A DNA stretch of 29,969 nt, taken from IMG/VR virus record IMGVR_UViG_3300020352_000024, positions 1-29,969 of that record; one strand, written 5' to 3'. Made by a program: the position numbers and the translations under genes. Below, piece by piece: positions 1-7,132 of the stretch. Numbering within the stretch: the stretch's first letter is position 1; each line of letters opens with the position of its first letter. Source of the stretch: a virus. Its lineage: Duplodnaviria > Caudoviricetes. The notes below the pieces were generated by a model. That model worked only from the letters and a program-made list of their open reading frames with translations. It was not told the origin of the DNA and did not search any database.

Positions 1-199
1 GTGCAATAACAATTCGGTCGCCGTCAAGTACAGGAGAGTCTAGGGATACAGACTCGGCACCGATCTTGATTGCTTCGTTGCTATTGGGAGAGATGTCAGC
101 TGCTGATAAAGCATCAGCGACAGTTGAGCCATCGTCGATAGCTACTTCTTGAACGCCACCCGGAACACGGATGACTTTGACAGTGATAAATTCACTCAT
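1..199 (-). CDS. Ubiquitin-like beta-grasp protein (ThiS/MoaD-like), 3'-truncated at the window edge
   Basis: Not in the ORF track. Manual translation gives MSEFITVKVIRVPGGVQEVAIDDGSTVADALSAADISPNSNEAIKIGAESVSLDSPVLDGDRIVIA..., with an AAGAGGG RBS upstream. TVADAL and L-x-DGD-x-I-V-I match the beta-grasp pattern. Confidence 0.75.
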   Translation of the reverse strand, partial: MSEFITVKVIRVPGGVQEVAIDDGSTVADALSAADISPNSNEAIKIGAESVSLDSPVLDGDRIVIA

Positions 200-293
200 A
201 GTAAAACCCTCTTGGTTTATGGTTAGTTGATTTGATCCGTTTTGACTACCGGTGGATCACCCCGGCTCCTAGGCGAATCACTGCCTTAGCCTG

Positions 294-485
294 TTATGGG
301 ACAGCTGCTCTATGTTTAGGTGCAGCTGCTTGTTCCCATTCTTGTCGCTCTTGCTTACGGCCTAGGAAATAGGCTTCGTTAAGCATTTCGCAAATTTGTC
401 GTTTGTCGTAATAGAAGGATTCTTCTTGTCTATCCTTCATTGCATCAAGACGTGTCATGAAAGGTTCAATAATCTTATTAACCAT
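294..485 (-). CDS. Hypothetical phage protein
   Basis: ORF track 294..542; start moved to the ATG at 485 (MVNKIIEPF...), which has an AGAGGT RBS and avoids overlap with the upstream gene. Confidence 0.6.
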   Translation of the reverse strand: MVNKIIEPFMTRLDAMKDRQEESFYYDKRQICEMLNEAYFLGRKQERQEWEQAAAPKHRAAVP

Positions 486-498
486 GCAATTACCTCTA

Positions 499-747
499 CT
501 AATATCGTTGGACATAACGTATAGCTCTTGCTGCATCGGCATCTAGCCTCCTGTTTTCTTGGGATTCAAATTCGCGTTGTTCGTCCGCTGCGTTTAAGTC
601 GTCGTCAATTTGTTCGCACATTTGGTCAAGTAGTTGGTTCATGTTTGTCAGTTGAAATTCGTGAGCATGGTCAAATATATGTTGGTGGTATTTTTGAACG
701 CTGATTAGGTAATCAATCGAAGCTGCAATGTCATGTAGTGTGAGCAT
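499..747 (-). CDS. Hypothetical phage protein (82 aa)
   Basis: GAGGAGG RBS; TAATG coupling with the upstream gene. Confidence 0.7.
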   Translation of the reverse strand: MLTLHDIAASIDYLISVQKYHQHIFDHAHEFQLTNMNQLLDQMCEQIDDDLNAADEQREFESQENRRLDADAARAIRYVQRY

Positions 748-944
748 TAGTCCTCCTCGTTAATTTCAAATGCCTGCGTGATTCGTTCGTCAACGAACTC
801 AATGAACCATTCGCTCTCGGTAAGCACATCTAACTCATGCTGTATGAGCAGCTGTATCTGCGCCCGAAGGCTAGCGTCTAGGTTCGGCAGGCTAGGGTCT
901 AGGGTCGGCAGGCTAGGGGTTGGGGTAAACACTAAGTCGCTCAT
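747..944 (-). CDS. Hypothetical phage protein (65 aa)
   Basis: ATGA overlap with the upstream gene and a GAGG RBS. Confidence 0.65.
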   Translation of the reverse strand: MSDLVFTPTPSLPTLDPSLPNLDASLRAQIQLLIQHELDVLTESEWFIEFVDERITQAFEINEED

Positions 945-1120
945 GTTATTTCCTCGAATGTTTTTTCTTTTTTAAGTTTGATACCTGTCGTGCCACAGCT
1001 GCGGCAAGCCATGTAGTCGAAGTAGTCGTCTTCTTCTATGTCTACACCGTTAAGTGACTGGCACACCGGGCACTCGACACCGTAATCAATCACTCGTCTG
1101 TAGCCGTAGGTTGGTTGCAT
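941..1120 (-). CDS. Small zinc-ribbon protein (59 aa)
   Basis: Not in the ORF track. MQPTYGYRRVIDYGVECPVCQSLNGVDIEEDDYFDYMACRSCGTTGIKLKKEKTFEEIT; CxxC...CxxC pattern; translationally coupled on both sides (TAATG and ATGA). Confidence 0.7.
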   Translation of the reverse strand: MQPTYGYRRVIDYGVECPVCQSLNGVDIEEDDYFDYMACRSCGTTGIKLKKEKTFEEIT

Positions 1121-1404
1121 TACCCTAAAATATAACTGTTAAGGTCGCACTTGCCATAGCGCGAGTGTGGATCTCGGGAGTGTGCCCACGTAAAGTTACC
1201 GTTGTCGCTTAGTGCGCTTAATTGCAGTAAAGACTGGTAGTATTCTTCTCCAATCATTTTCCAATTACCTTTATCGAGTTCGTCTTTGCATAGCCACATT
1301 TGGACGAAGGTTTCCCATTCGTCAGTGTCAAAGCTAGGGAGGTCTTCAAGTGCTTTGCTTATTAGCATTTTGATGGCTTGATCTAAGTTGTCGTTTAGGT
1401 ACAT
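1120..1404 (-). CDS. Hypothetical phage protein
   Basis: ORF track 1120..1425; likely start at the ATG at 1404 after a GGAGA RBS. Confidence 0.65.
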   Translation of the reverse strand: MYLNDNLDQAIKMLISKALEDLPSFDTDEWETFVQMWLCKDELDKGNWKMIGEEYYQSLLQLSALSDNGNFTWAHSRDPHSRYGKCDLNSYILG

Positions 1405-1443
1405 GTACATTCTCCGATGGCACACCGTTGGTGGGCCGGGGAT

Positions 1444-1474
1444 AAAAAAGCCCCTAGACTTTCATCTAGGGGCT
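1444..1474 (-). terminator. Rho-independent terminator
   Basis: Minus strand reads AGCCCCTAGA-TGAAAG-TCTAGGGGCT-TTTTT, directly after the stop of the 209-aa gene. Confidence 0.85.
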
Positions 1475-1478
1475 AGGG

Positions 1479-2108
1479 TTACGCTGCTTTAGCGTTGCGT
1501 TGCTGCTTGAACTTCTTGAACTGATCGCGCATGTCTTCAGCTGACTTGGCTTTGAGGGATTCAGTGATGCAAATCATCTCATCCATTGCGTCACCAAAAG
1601 TTTCACACGTTGCAACGACCGACCAAGAGTCATCAATCTCTGATTTTTCACTACGGCTGAAGTAACACAATGTGTTATCCATGTCGGCTTTGAGGTTCTG
1701 TAAAAACAAAGCGTGTAGTTGATACAGCTGATCGAAATCGTCATCGATTACAGTCAGCAACTCTTCGTTGTTGATGTCCATACCGACATGCTCTTTGGCA
1801 CGTTCGGCAGCGTCACAACCCCAAGGAGCGCCATTGATATCATCAGCAACTATGTTGGAGTTGAACAAGCGTCGTGCATTCCAGCAAGACTGATTCATTA
1901 TGTCTTGAAGAAAGCCAACGATTGCGAACGGGTGAACCGATTCGTTGTTTTCCAAGGCATAAATAAATGCTTCGAATAAAGCATCTAGTGGTTGGTTGTC
2001 GTCGTTAAGGTGCTGTGAAACAAACTTAGCGATGTCGCCCTTGTAACCACGTTTGGCTGCACTATCGCGCAGGGATGTTGGGATGAAGCTATAGTTCTGT
2101 GTTGTCAT
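1479..2108 (-). CDS. Hypothetical acidic alpha-helical phage protein (209 aa)
   Basis: Long ORF with a strong AGGAGGA RBS, followed by a terminator. Confidence 0.85.
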   Translation of the reverse strand: MTTQNYSFIPTSLRDSAAKRGYKGDIAKFVSQHLNDDNQPLDALFEAFIYALENNESVHPFAIVGFLQDIMNQSCWNARRLFNSNIVADDINGAPWGCDAAERAKEHVGMDINNEELLTVIDDDFDQLYQLHALFLQNLKADMDNTLCYFSRSEKSEIDDSWSVVATCETFGDAMDEMICITESLKAKSAEDMRDQFKKFKQQRNAKAA

Positions 2109-2155
2109 AAATCCTCCTGATATGACTGATTGTTAGTAAAGCTAATATCTACAGA

Positions 2156-2326
2156 TCAAAAAATCAACTGATCGTCGTAATCTTCCATCGTATCTTCATC
2201 ATCTTCTAAGCTGATCAAGAAGAACAACGGATTTCTGAACGAGAATGGCTTGTCATCCTCGTTGATTTCAGGGATTGAATCCCAATGAGGCTCATTGAAG
2301 TCCAATGGTTGGTTGTATCTAATCAT
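2156..2326 (-). CDS. Small very acidic protein (~56 aa)
   Basis: Likely start at the ATG at 2326 after GGAGGT; D/E-rich C-terminus. Confidence 0.55.
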   Translation of the reverse strand: MIRYNQPLDFNEPHWDSIPEINEDDKPFSFRNPLFFLISLEDDEDTMEDYDDQLIF

Positions 2327-2385
2327 AAGCACCTCCATGCTTGTAGTGTACGTCAAATGAACACGTTATTGTATTCACTAATAGT

Positions 2386-2415
2386 AACCGTGCGTCACGA
2401 CCGGAGGGAGTGATG
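2386..2415. promoter_or_regulatory. C-GGA-G hairpin element, copy 1
   Basis: AACCGTG-CGTCAC-GA-CC-GGA-GG-GA-GTGATG, upstream of a leftward gene. Confidence 0.6.
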
Positions 2416-2437
2416 ATTTCTCCCCCCGGCGCATTTA

Positions 2438-2617
2438 CTAGATGACATGACAATCAGTTACTTTGTCCCAGTTGATTTCTTCCAACCGGGATGTATCGTT
2501 GTACAACCACTTGATAGACTCCACGCTGCCGTTTTCAAAATGCACAGCTATTTTGTCGGTGAAACTAACGTCTGGGAACTTCTCTTCCCAGTCAGGAACT
2601 AATCTCCAATGAGACAT
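2438..2617 (-). CDS. Hypothetical phage protein (59 aa)
   Basis: Not in the ORF track. MSHWRLVPDWEEKFPDVSFTDKIAVHFENGSVESIKWLYNDTSRLEEINWDKVTDCHVI, with an AAAGGAGA RBS. Confidence 0.7.
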   Translation of the reverse strand: MSHWRLVPDWEEKFPDVSFTDKIAVHFENGSVESIKWLYNDTSRLEEINWDKVTDCHVI

Positions 2618-2631
2618 GTATTTCTCCTTTA

Positions 2632-2886
2632 TTAATGAAACTCACAGGGTTCATCGATGTCGTAATCGCAGCCGCATACATCGCAATACACGAGTGATTC
2701 AACAGGTTCTTTGAATTGACGGGCGATGTAGTCTCCAAGAGCGTACATTGCCTTACGGTTCATATCGTAAGCCTCATAAATCGCTTTTGGGACTACCCTC
2801 ACGTTGTCGTCACCTACGTTATTAGGGTAAAACGTGTCGCTATTTACGTGGTAATACAGCTCAATCATGTCGTTTTGTTTGCTCAT
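2632..2886 (-). CDS. Hypothetical protein with a C-terminal CxxC...CxxH metal-binding motif
   Basis: GGAGAG RBS; ends YCDVCGCDYDIDEPCEFH. Confidence 0.7.
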   Translation of the reverse strand: MSKQNDMIELYYHVNSDTFYPNNVGDDNVRVVPKAIYEAYDMNRKAMYALGDYIARQFKEPVESLVYCDVCGCDYDIDEPCEFH

Positions 2887-2924
2887 CTAACTCTCCAAAT
2901 GATAATAATGAATGTGAAAACAAC

Positions 2925-2954
2925 AACCGTACACATGAAACGGAGTGGAATGTG
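2925..2954. promoter_or_regulatory. C-GGA-G hairpin element, copy 2
   Basis: AACCGTA-CACAT-GAA-AC-GGA-GT-GGA-ATGTG. Confidence 0.55.
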
Positions 2955-3006
2955 GTCTGACTATGATCATTGTTAATGATTGTGAAGTGTGACTACTATC
3001 AAAGGG

Positions 3007-3303
3007 TGTAGCAGGTTAAACCCATTTGTAGCAGGTTGTGTAGCAGGTTGGTGTAGCAGGTTAGATGCCCATTTTTAAAGGGTTGTAGCAGGGTAGCAGG
3101 TTGAATTGAAGTTCAATTCAAATTGGAAGTAAAACAATAAAAACATACTCTGTTTATTACTAAGTCGGGTTTTACCTGCTACGCCTGCTACACTTTTGAC
3201 AGTATTTAGGAAATAGGTACTAGGATCAATGGTTTAGGGTCTATAACAGGGTAGTCCCAACCTGCTACAGTACCTGCTACAGTACCTGCTACAACCTGCT
3301 ACA
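3007..3303. repeat. Inverted iteron array (6 x GTAGCAGG facing 6 x CCTGCTAC); putative replication origin
   Basis: Forward copies at 3007, 3027, 3039, 3052, 3084, 3093; reverse copies at 3174, 3184, 3259, 3272, 3284, 3293. AT-rich centre with the palindrome TTGAATTGAA-G-TTCAATTCAA (3101-3121). Confidence 0.8.
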
Positions 3304-3422
3304 GCAGCGCCGCGCCGCCCCTAGACCCCAAATCCTAGACAAATGCCGGTTGTCGAGTGATTATTGTCAATTTGACACATAGCTAGGATTGCCAGCAGCA
3401 CATGGTGGCCGGTGGTTGGCAT

Positions 3423-3452
3423 AAAAAAGGCGAACGTTTGACGGTTCGCCTT
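3423..3452 (-). terminator. Rho-independent terminator
   Basis: Minus strand reads AAGGCGAAC-CGTCAAAC-GTTCGCCTT-TTTT, downstream of the 70-aa gene. Confidence 0.8.
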
Positions 3453-3477
3453 GTGTGGTTGGTTGGTTTGGTCGTGG

Positions 3478-3690
3478 TTACTCAGGTTCGAAGCATACCC
3501 ATGTGTTAGTTGGGTTGATTTTGGTGAGTAGTGGGTCTTGTTTGCAGTTTAAGAACTGAGGAACGTCGGTGATTGGGGTTACAGGGATTTCAACGAAGGC
3601 TGTGAATATGAAGTAAGAGACCATTACAGGAAGGCTGATTACTGCGATGGTGGTTGCGGTGTTGATTATTGAGTTTGTGATTGAGTTCAT
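3478..3690 (-). CDS. Small membrane protein (70 aa, one N-terminal TM segment)
   Basis: Hydrophobic stretch IAVISLPVMVSYFIFTAFV; starts just after the stop of the upstream gene. Confidence 0.6.
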   Translation of the reverse strand: MNSITNSIINTATTIAVISLPVMVSYFIFTAFVEIPVTPITDVPQFLNCKQDPLLTKINPTNTWVCFEPE

Positions 3691-3694
3691 TGGG

Positions 3695-3964
3695 CTAGAT
3701 CCTGTTTAGAAAGGTTGATGCGTCGGTGTAAGCAGATAGTTCTGATGAGTCTTCGATGTCTTCTAGGCTGTCTTCGATGTCGAGGATGACGAAGGTCATG
3801 ATGCCGAGGAATACGTCGGAGGGATTTTCTTTGATGTAGTCGATGGTCTTAGATCCTAGCTCTTTGGCTTTGGCGTGTGTCTCTGGGTCTTTTAGCTTTT
3901 GTTTAAGGCCTAGGGCTTTTTGCTTAAGACTGTCCATGTTTCTGTCTACTGAGTTGAATTTCAT
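3695..3964 (-). CDS. Hypothetical phage protein (first gene of the leftward arm)
   Basis: ORF track 3695..4000; likely start at the ATG at 3964 (MKFNSVD...) with an AGGA RBS. Confidence 0.65.
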   Translation of the reverse strand: MKFNSVDRNMDSLKQKALGLKQKLKDPETHAKAKELGSKTIDYIKENPSDVFLGIMTFVILDIEDSLEDIEDSSELSAYTDASTFLNRI

Positions 3965-3998
3965 GATGTTCCTAAATAATAAGTGAATGTTAAAAGGC

Positions 3999-4028
3999 AA
4001 CCGTGCGTCACGAGCGGAGCGAGAGATG
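3999..4028. promoter_or_regulatory. C-GGA-G hairpin element, copy 3
   Basis: AACCGTG-CGTCAC-GA-GC-GGA-GC-GA-GAGATG; the first 15 nt are identical to copy 1. Confidence 0.6.
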
Positions 4029-4060
4029 TAGCGGTAGAGTAAAAAGCAAAGGAGTCCCAG

Positions 4061-4198
4061 ACAAGGTTCCTAAACCAGAAACGTAAACAAGGTTCCATAA
4101 TCGGAATCCGGGGGAGGGGGCGGCGATGGACGGGAGGGGGGAGATAGTGCGTGAGTGATTTTTAACTACTTTTTCAAATAATTTTTTCTAATTTTTTT
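4061..4198. other. Strand-switch region; possible packaging-initiation site or genome terminus
   Basis: ACAAGGTTCC direct repeat (4061, 4087), G-tracts at 4110-4141, four T-tracts spaced 10-12 bp apart (4159-4198), located upstream of the HNH/terminase genes. Confidence 0.35.
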
Positions 4199-4205
4199 CT
4201 GCTAG

Positions 4206-4222
4206 TATTACCACTACTAATA
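4206..4222. promoter_or_regulatory. TATTAG-N5-CTAATA palindromic operator-like site
   Basis: TATTAC-CACTA-CTAATA, 13 bp before the first rightward gene; related copies at 488, 2131, 2367, 4693, 11389, 23735. Confidence 0.6.
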
Positions 4223-4235
4223 CTTTGGGGGCGCT

Positions 4236-4691
4236 ATGCTCCAGACCGAGCAATACTGCAGAGGGTGTAAAAGTAATAAACCTAAAATGCAGTTTAAGTC
4301 GCAGACCATTTGCCATCAGTGCTACCACATTCGTCGCACTGCTAAATCAGGGGCGGACCTCTATCACTTTTTCCGTAAAGGCATATCCAAACTAAAAAGT
4401 ACCCGAACAAAACAAGGTATAGAGTTCCTGTTAAACGCCGACGATGTGATGGAGCTGTGGGAGCAGCAAGAAGGTAAATGCGCTCTATCAGGCGTGTATA
4501 TGACCCACGCTCCTGCCGCTGACCCGTTCACTTCGAAAAACGCTAGCGTCGATAGGCTCGACCATACCAAGGGTTACTATCCGCAAAACGTCCAGCTTGT
4601 CTGTTCGGCTGTAAACATGCTTCGAGGATCTCTGAGTCAAGAGGACTTTACGTGGTGGGTAATCAACATATACAAACATCATTGCGAATAA
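4236..4691 (+). CDS. HNH/His-Me-finger-like endonuclease with an N-terminal Zn-binding motif
   Basis: N-terminal CRGC..CHQC; QEGKCALSG...ASVDRLDHTKGYYPQNVQLVC..VN matches the phage 'DRID..KGY..N..C..N' nuclease pattern. Confidence 0.65.
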   Translation: MLQTEQYCRGCKSNKPKMQFKSQTICHQCYHIRRTAKSGADLYHFFRKGISKLKSTRTKQGIEFLLNADDVMELWEQQEGKCALSGVYMTHAPAADPFTSKNASVDRLDHTKGYYPQNVQLVCSAVNMLRGSLSQEDFTWWVINIYKHHCE

Positions 4692-4716
4692 CTATTAGTG
4701 TTGGTAATATTGCAGA

Positions 4717-4992
4717 ATGGCTGAAGACGTATATGAAGAAATGATTACTCTCGATGGTTTTGAGGGCGCAATTCTTGGGACCGGGACTAGGGACGGCGAA
4801 CATGAAGTTTTAGTGTACGACGCTCGTGCAGCTGCGGAGCTTTTTGAAAGCATAAACCCAGAAGTCGATATCCATATCTATCTTGAGTACCTCAAAGCTG
4901 TAGGCGAAGGACAAAGATCACCAATTTTTGTGTATTTAGACGAAACCGTGAGTGCAGATGTCGCAAGTAAACAGCGAAAAAATATCCATTGA
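4717..4992 (+). CDS. Conserved hypothetical phage protein
   Basis: DGFEGAILG...LVYD...GEGQRSPIFV resembles a small protein common in marine phages. Confidence 0.7.
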   Translation: MAEDVYEEMITLDGFEGAILGTGTRDGEHEVLVYDARAAAELFESINPEVDIHIYLEYLKAVGEGQRSPIFVYLDETVSADVASKQRKNIH

Positions 4993-5482
4993 TAACTTCG
5001 TGACGAATTCCACGGAATTCAAAGCACATGTCCCTTACATGGGCCTCGAAGATAGTCGATTAACCGTTCAGCAAGAAAAGCTGGTCATGCTCATTTGTTC
5101 AGGCATGACAATTGCCGCTGCAGGAAGGGGTGCGGGGTACGCAAGCGCTGATACCGCGTACTCAGCCGCGAAATTGCCGCAGATAAAAACGGCAGTAGCG
5201 TACTTTAAGGAGCAAATGCGCGAAGAAGTGAAATTCAGCCACGCAAACGCGCACATGATGTATATGGACGCGTACCAAGCGTCCGCAACTGCTACGGAAA
5301 TGAAGAATACTGTGGACAGTTTAGTGAAGTTACACGGTTTGGTGGCCCCGGAGCAGCAGCCACAGGTGAGCATACAGATAAACGCGACATCAAAGCAGTT
5401 GGAACGGATGTCTGATGAGGAGTTGCTGTCTCTTGCTGGCAAAAACGACAAATACCTAGAGCCTGTAGCTGCTAATGAGTGA
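4958..5482 (+). CDS. terS: Terminase small subunit (putative)
   Basis: HTH-like segment LTVQQEKLV..GMTIAAAGRGAGY; C-terminal LERMSDEELL; immediately upstream of and overlapping TerL. Confidence 0.7.
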   Translation: MSQVNSEKISIDNFVTNSTEFKAHVPYMGLEDSRLTVQQEKLVMLICSGMTIAAAGRGAGYASADTAYSAAKLPQIKTAVAYFKEQMREEVKFSHANAHMMYMDAYQASATATEMKNTVDSLVKLHGLVAPEQQPQVSIQINATSKQLERMSDEELLSLAGKNDKYLEPVAANE

Positions 5483-7130
5483 GCTACAGATCCCACAAGT
5501 CCTATGTATAAGGTGTAAGAGTCTTCACTCTGAAACTTTATTCAGCGGTAGGGACCGATTGTGTGTTTATTGCAAAGCGGATGATGCGGAAAGGCTGGCA
5601 ACCCCAGCAGCGGTGGAGACAGAACCGGAAATAGTAGAAGAAGAGTCGGTCGAAGATAAAGCTAGGGCTGAATTAGCGCTTCGATTCCTTACGAGAAAGA
5701 GGTTACTACCCTTTGTTGAACGATTTAATCCAGATTATCAAGCGGGATGGGTGCATAAGGATGTTTGCCAACGCTTGGAGAAGTTTTCGCGGATGGTGGT
5801 GGAGAAACAGTCCCCTAGACTTATGCTGTTCTTACCTCCGCGACATGGCAAATCGACTCTGGCGAGCATTGCTTTCCCAGCGTGGCACTTGGGCCGAAAC
5901 CCCGCTCACGAGTTCATTAGTTGCTCGTATTCTGGATCGCTCGCTATGGGCTTCTCTCGGAAAGTCCGTGGCTTATTACGCGAACCTAGCTACAAAACAG
6001 CTTTTAAAACTCGTCTCGACCCTGAGTCCCAAAGCGCAGAAGCGTGGCTCACTACGAACGGCGGTGGGTTTGTTGCTGCTGGCGTGGGTGGTGGTATCAC
6101 TGGTAAAGGCGCTCATGTCCTAGTAATCGATGACCCCGTAAAGAACAGGGAAGATGCCGAAAGCCAAAACAACAGAGACGCAAACTGGGACTGGTATACG
6201 TCAACGGCGTATACGCGACTGGCTCCCGGCGGTGGTGTTTTGGTCATTCTTACTAGGTGGCATGACGATGACCTTGCAGGACGGTTACTCAAAGCAACAG
6301 CTGAAGGCGGTGATGAGTGGGAGGTTGTTCGATATCCAGCACTCGCTGAAGAGGAAGAAGAGTTTAGGAACTATGGTGAAGCCCTTCACCCCGAGCGATA
6401 TGACGAGCCGTCCCTAGACCGTATACGAAAGGCAGTTGGCCCTAGAGATTGGTCAGCGCTATACCAACAAAATCCAGTTGCCGATGACGGTGATTACTTT
6501 ACACGGGACATGATTCAGTATTTTGAAGAAGACGATATCGACCTTGATGAAATGCGCTTTTACGCTGCGTGGGATTTGGCAATTGGCAAAAAGGACCGTA
6601 ACGACTACTCAGTCGGAATGGTTATTGGAGTCGATGCTTATGACCGTCTGTTTGTGGTCGATGTTGTCCGAGGGCGGTTTGATGGCTTTGAGCTAGTAGA
6701 GCAAATACTAGATCTGTACGAAGTCTGGAAGCCCAGCATCATTGGTATTGAGAAAGGCCATATCGAAATGGCCCTAGGCCCATTCTTAGAGAAGCGTGTC
6801 CGAGAGCGGGGGTTATATGAAGCATATTTCAAAGACCTCAAGACAGGGCGTAGGGACAAGGAAGCACGGGCTAGGGCCATCCAAGGCCGTATGCAGCAGG
6901 GCATGGTGTTTGTACCAAAGAACCAAATCTGGACGGGTCCGTTAGTAGCTGAGTTGCTGCGCTTTCCAAATGGCATTCACGATGATCAGGTTGATGCCCT
7001 TGCGTGGTTGGGTCTGATGATGACTGAGTTTGCGACCTATCAAACAACTGTAGTTAAAGAACCCTCGTGGCGAGACAGGATCGACCATCTGTTTAAAACG
7101 CCGCGCAACAAGTCAGCTATGAGCGCCTAA
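5475..7130 (+). CDS. terL: Terminase large subunit
   Basis: Walker A PPRHGKS, GGGITGKGA, Walker B VIDDPVK, TRWH, nuclease WDLA..DYSV and FPNGIHDDQVDA motifs. Confidence 0.97.
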   Translation: MSELQIPQVLCIRCKSLHSETLFSGRDRLCVYCKADDAERLATPAAVETEPEIVEEESVEDKARAELALRFLTRKRLLPFVERFNPDYQAGWVHKDVCQRLEKFSRMVVEKQSPRLMLFLPPRHGKSTLASIAFPAWHLGRNPAHEFISCSYSGSLAMGFSRKVRGLLREPSYKTAFKTRLDPESQSAEAWLTTNGGGFVAAGVGGGITGKGAHVLVIDDPVKNREDAESQNNRDANWDWYTSTAYTRLAPGGGVLVILTRWHDDDLAGRLLKATAEGGDEWEVVRYPALAEEEEEFRNYGEALHPERYDEPSLDRIRKAVGPRDWSALYQQNPVADDGDYFTRDMIQYFEEDDIDLDEMRFYAAWDLAIGKKDRNDYSVGMVIGVDAYDRLFVVDVVRGRFDGFELVEQILDLYEVWKPSIIGIEKGHIEMALGPFLEKRVRERGLYEAYFKDLKTGRRDKEARARAIQGRMQQGMVFVPKNQIWTGPLVAELLRFPNGIHDDQVDALAWLGLMMTEFATYQTTVVKEPSWRDRIDHLFKTPRNKSAMSA

Positions 7131-7132
7131 TT

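Noticed and set aside
870-925. Direct repeat CGGCAGGCTAGGG
   Set aside because: Explained by the coding repeat PSLP(T/N)LD in the minus-strand 65-aa gene.
778-2976. Plus-strand ORFs 778-975, 1719-1979 and 2716-2976
   Set aside because: They are antisense to coupled minus-strand genes that have clear RBSs.
3007-3303. CRISPR array or mini-array
   Set aside because: The repeats are only 8-11 bp, irregularly spaced, present in both orientations and lack unique 30-40-bp spacers; an iteron array fits better.
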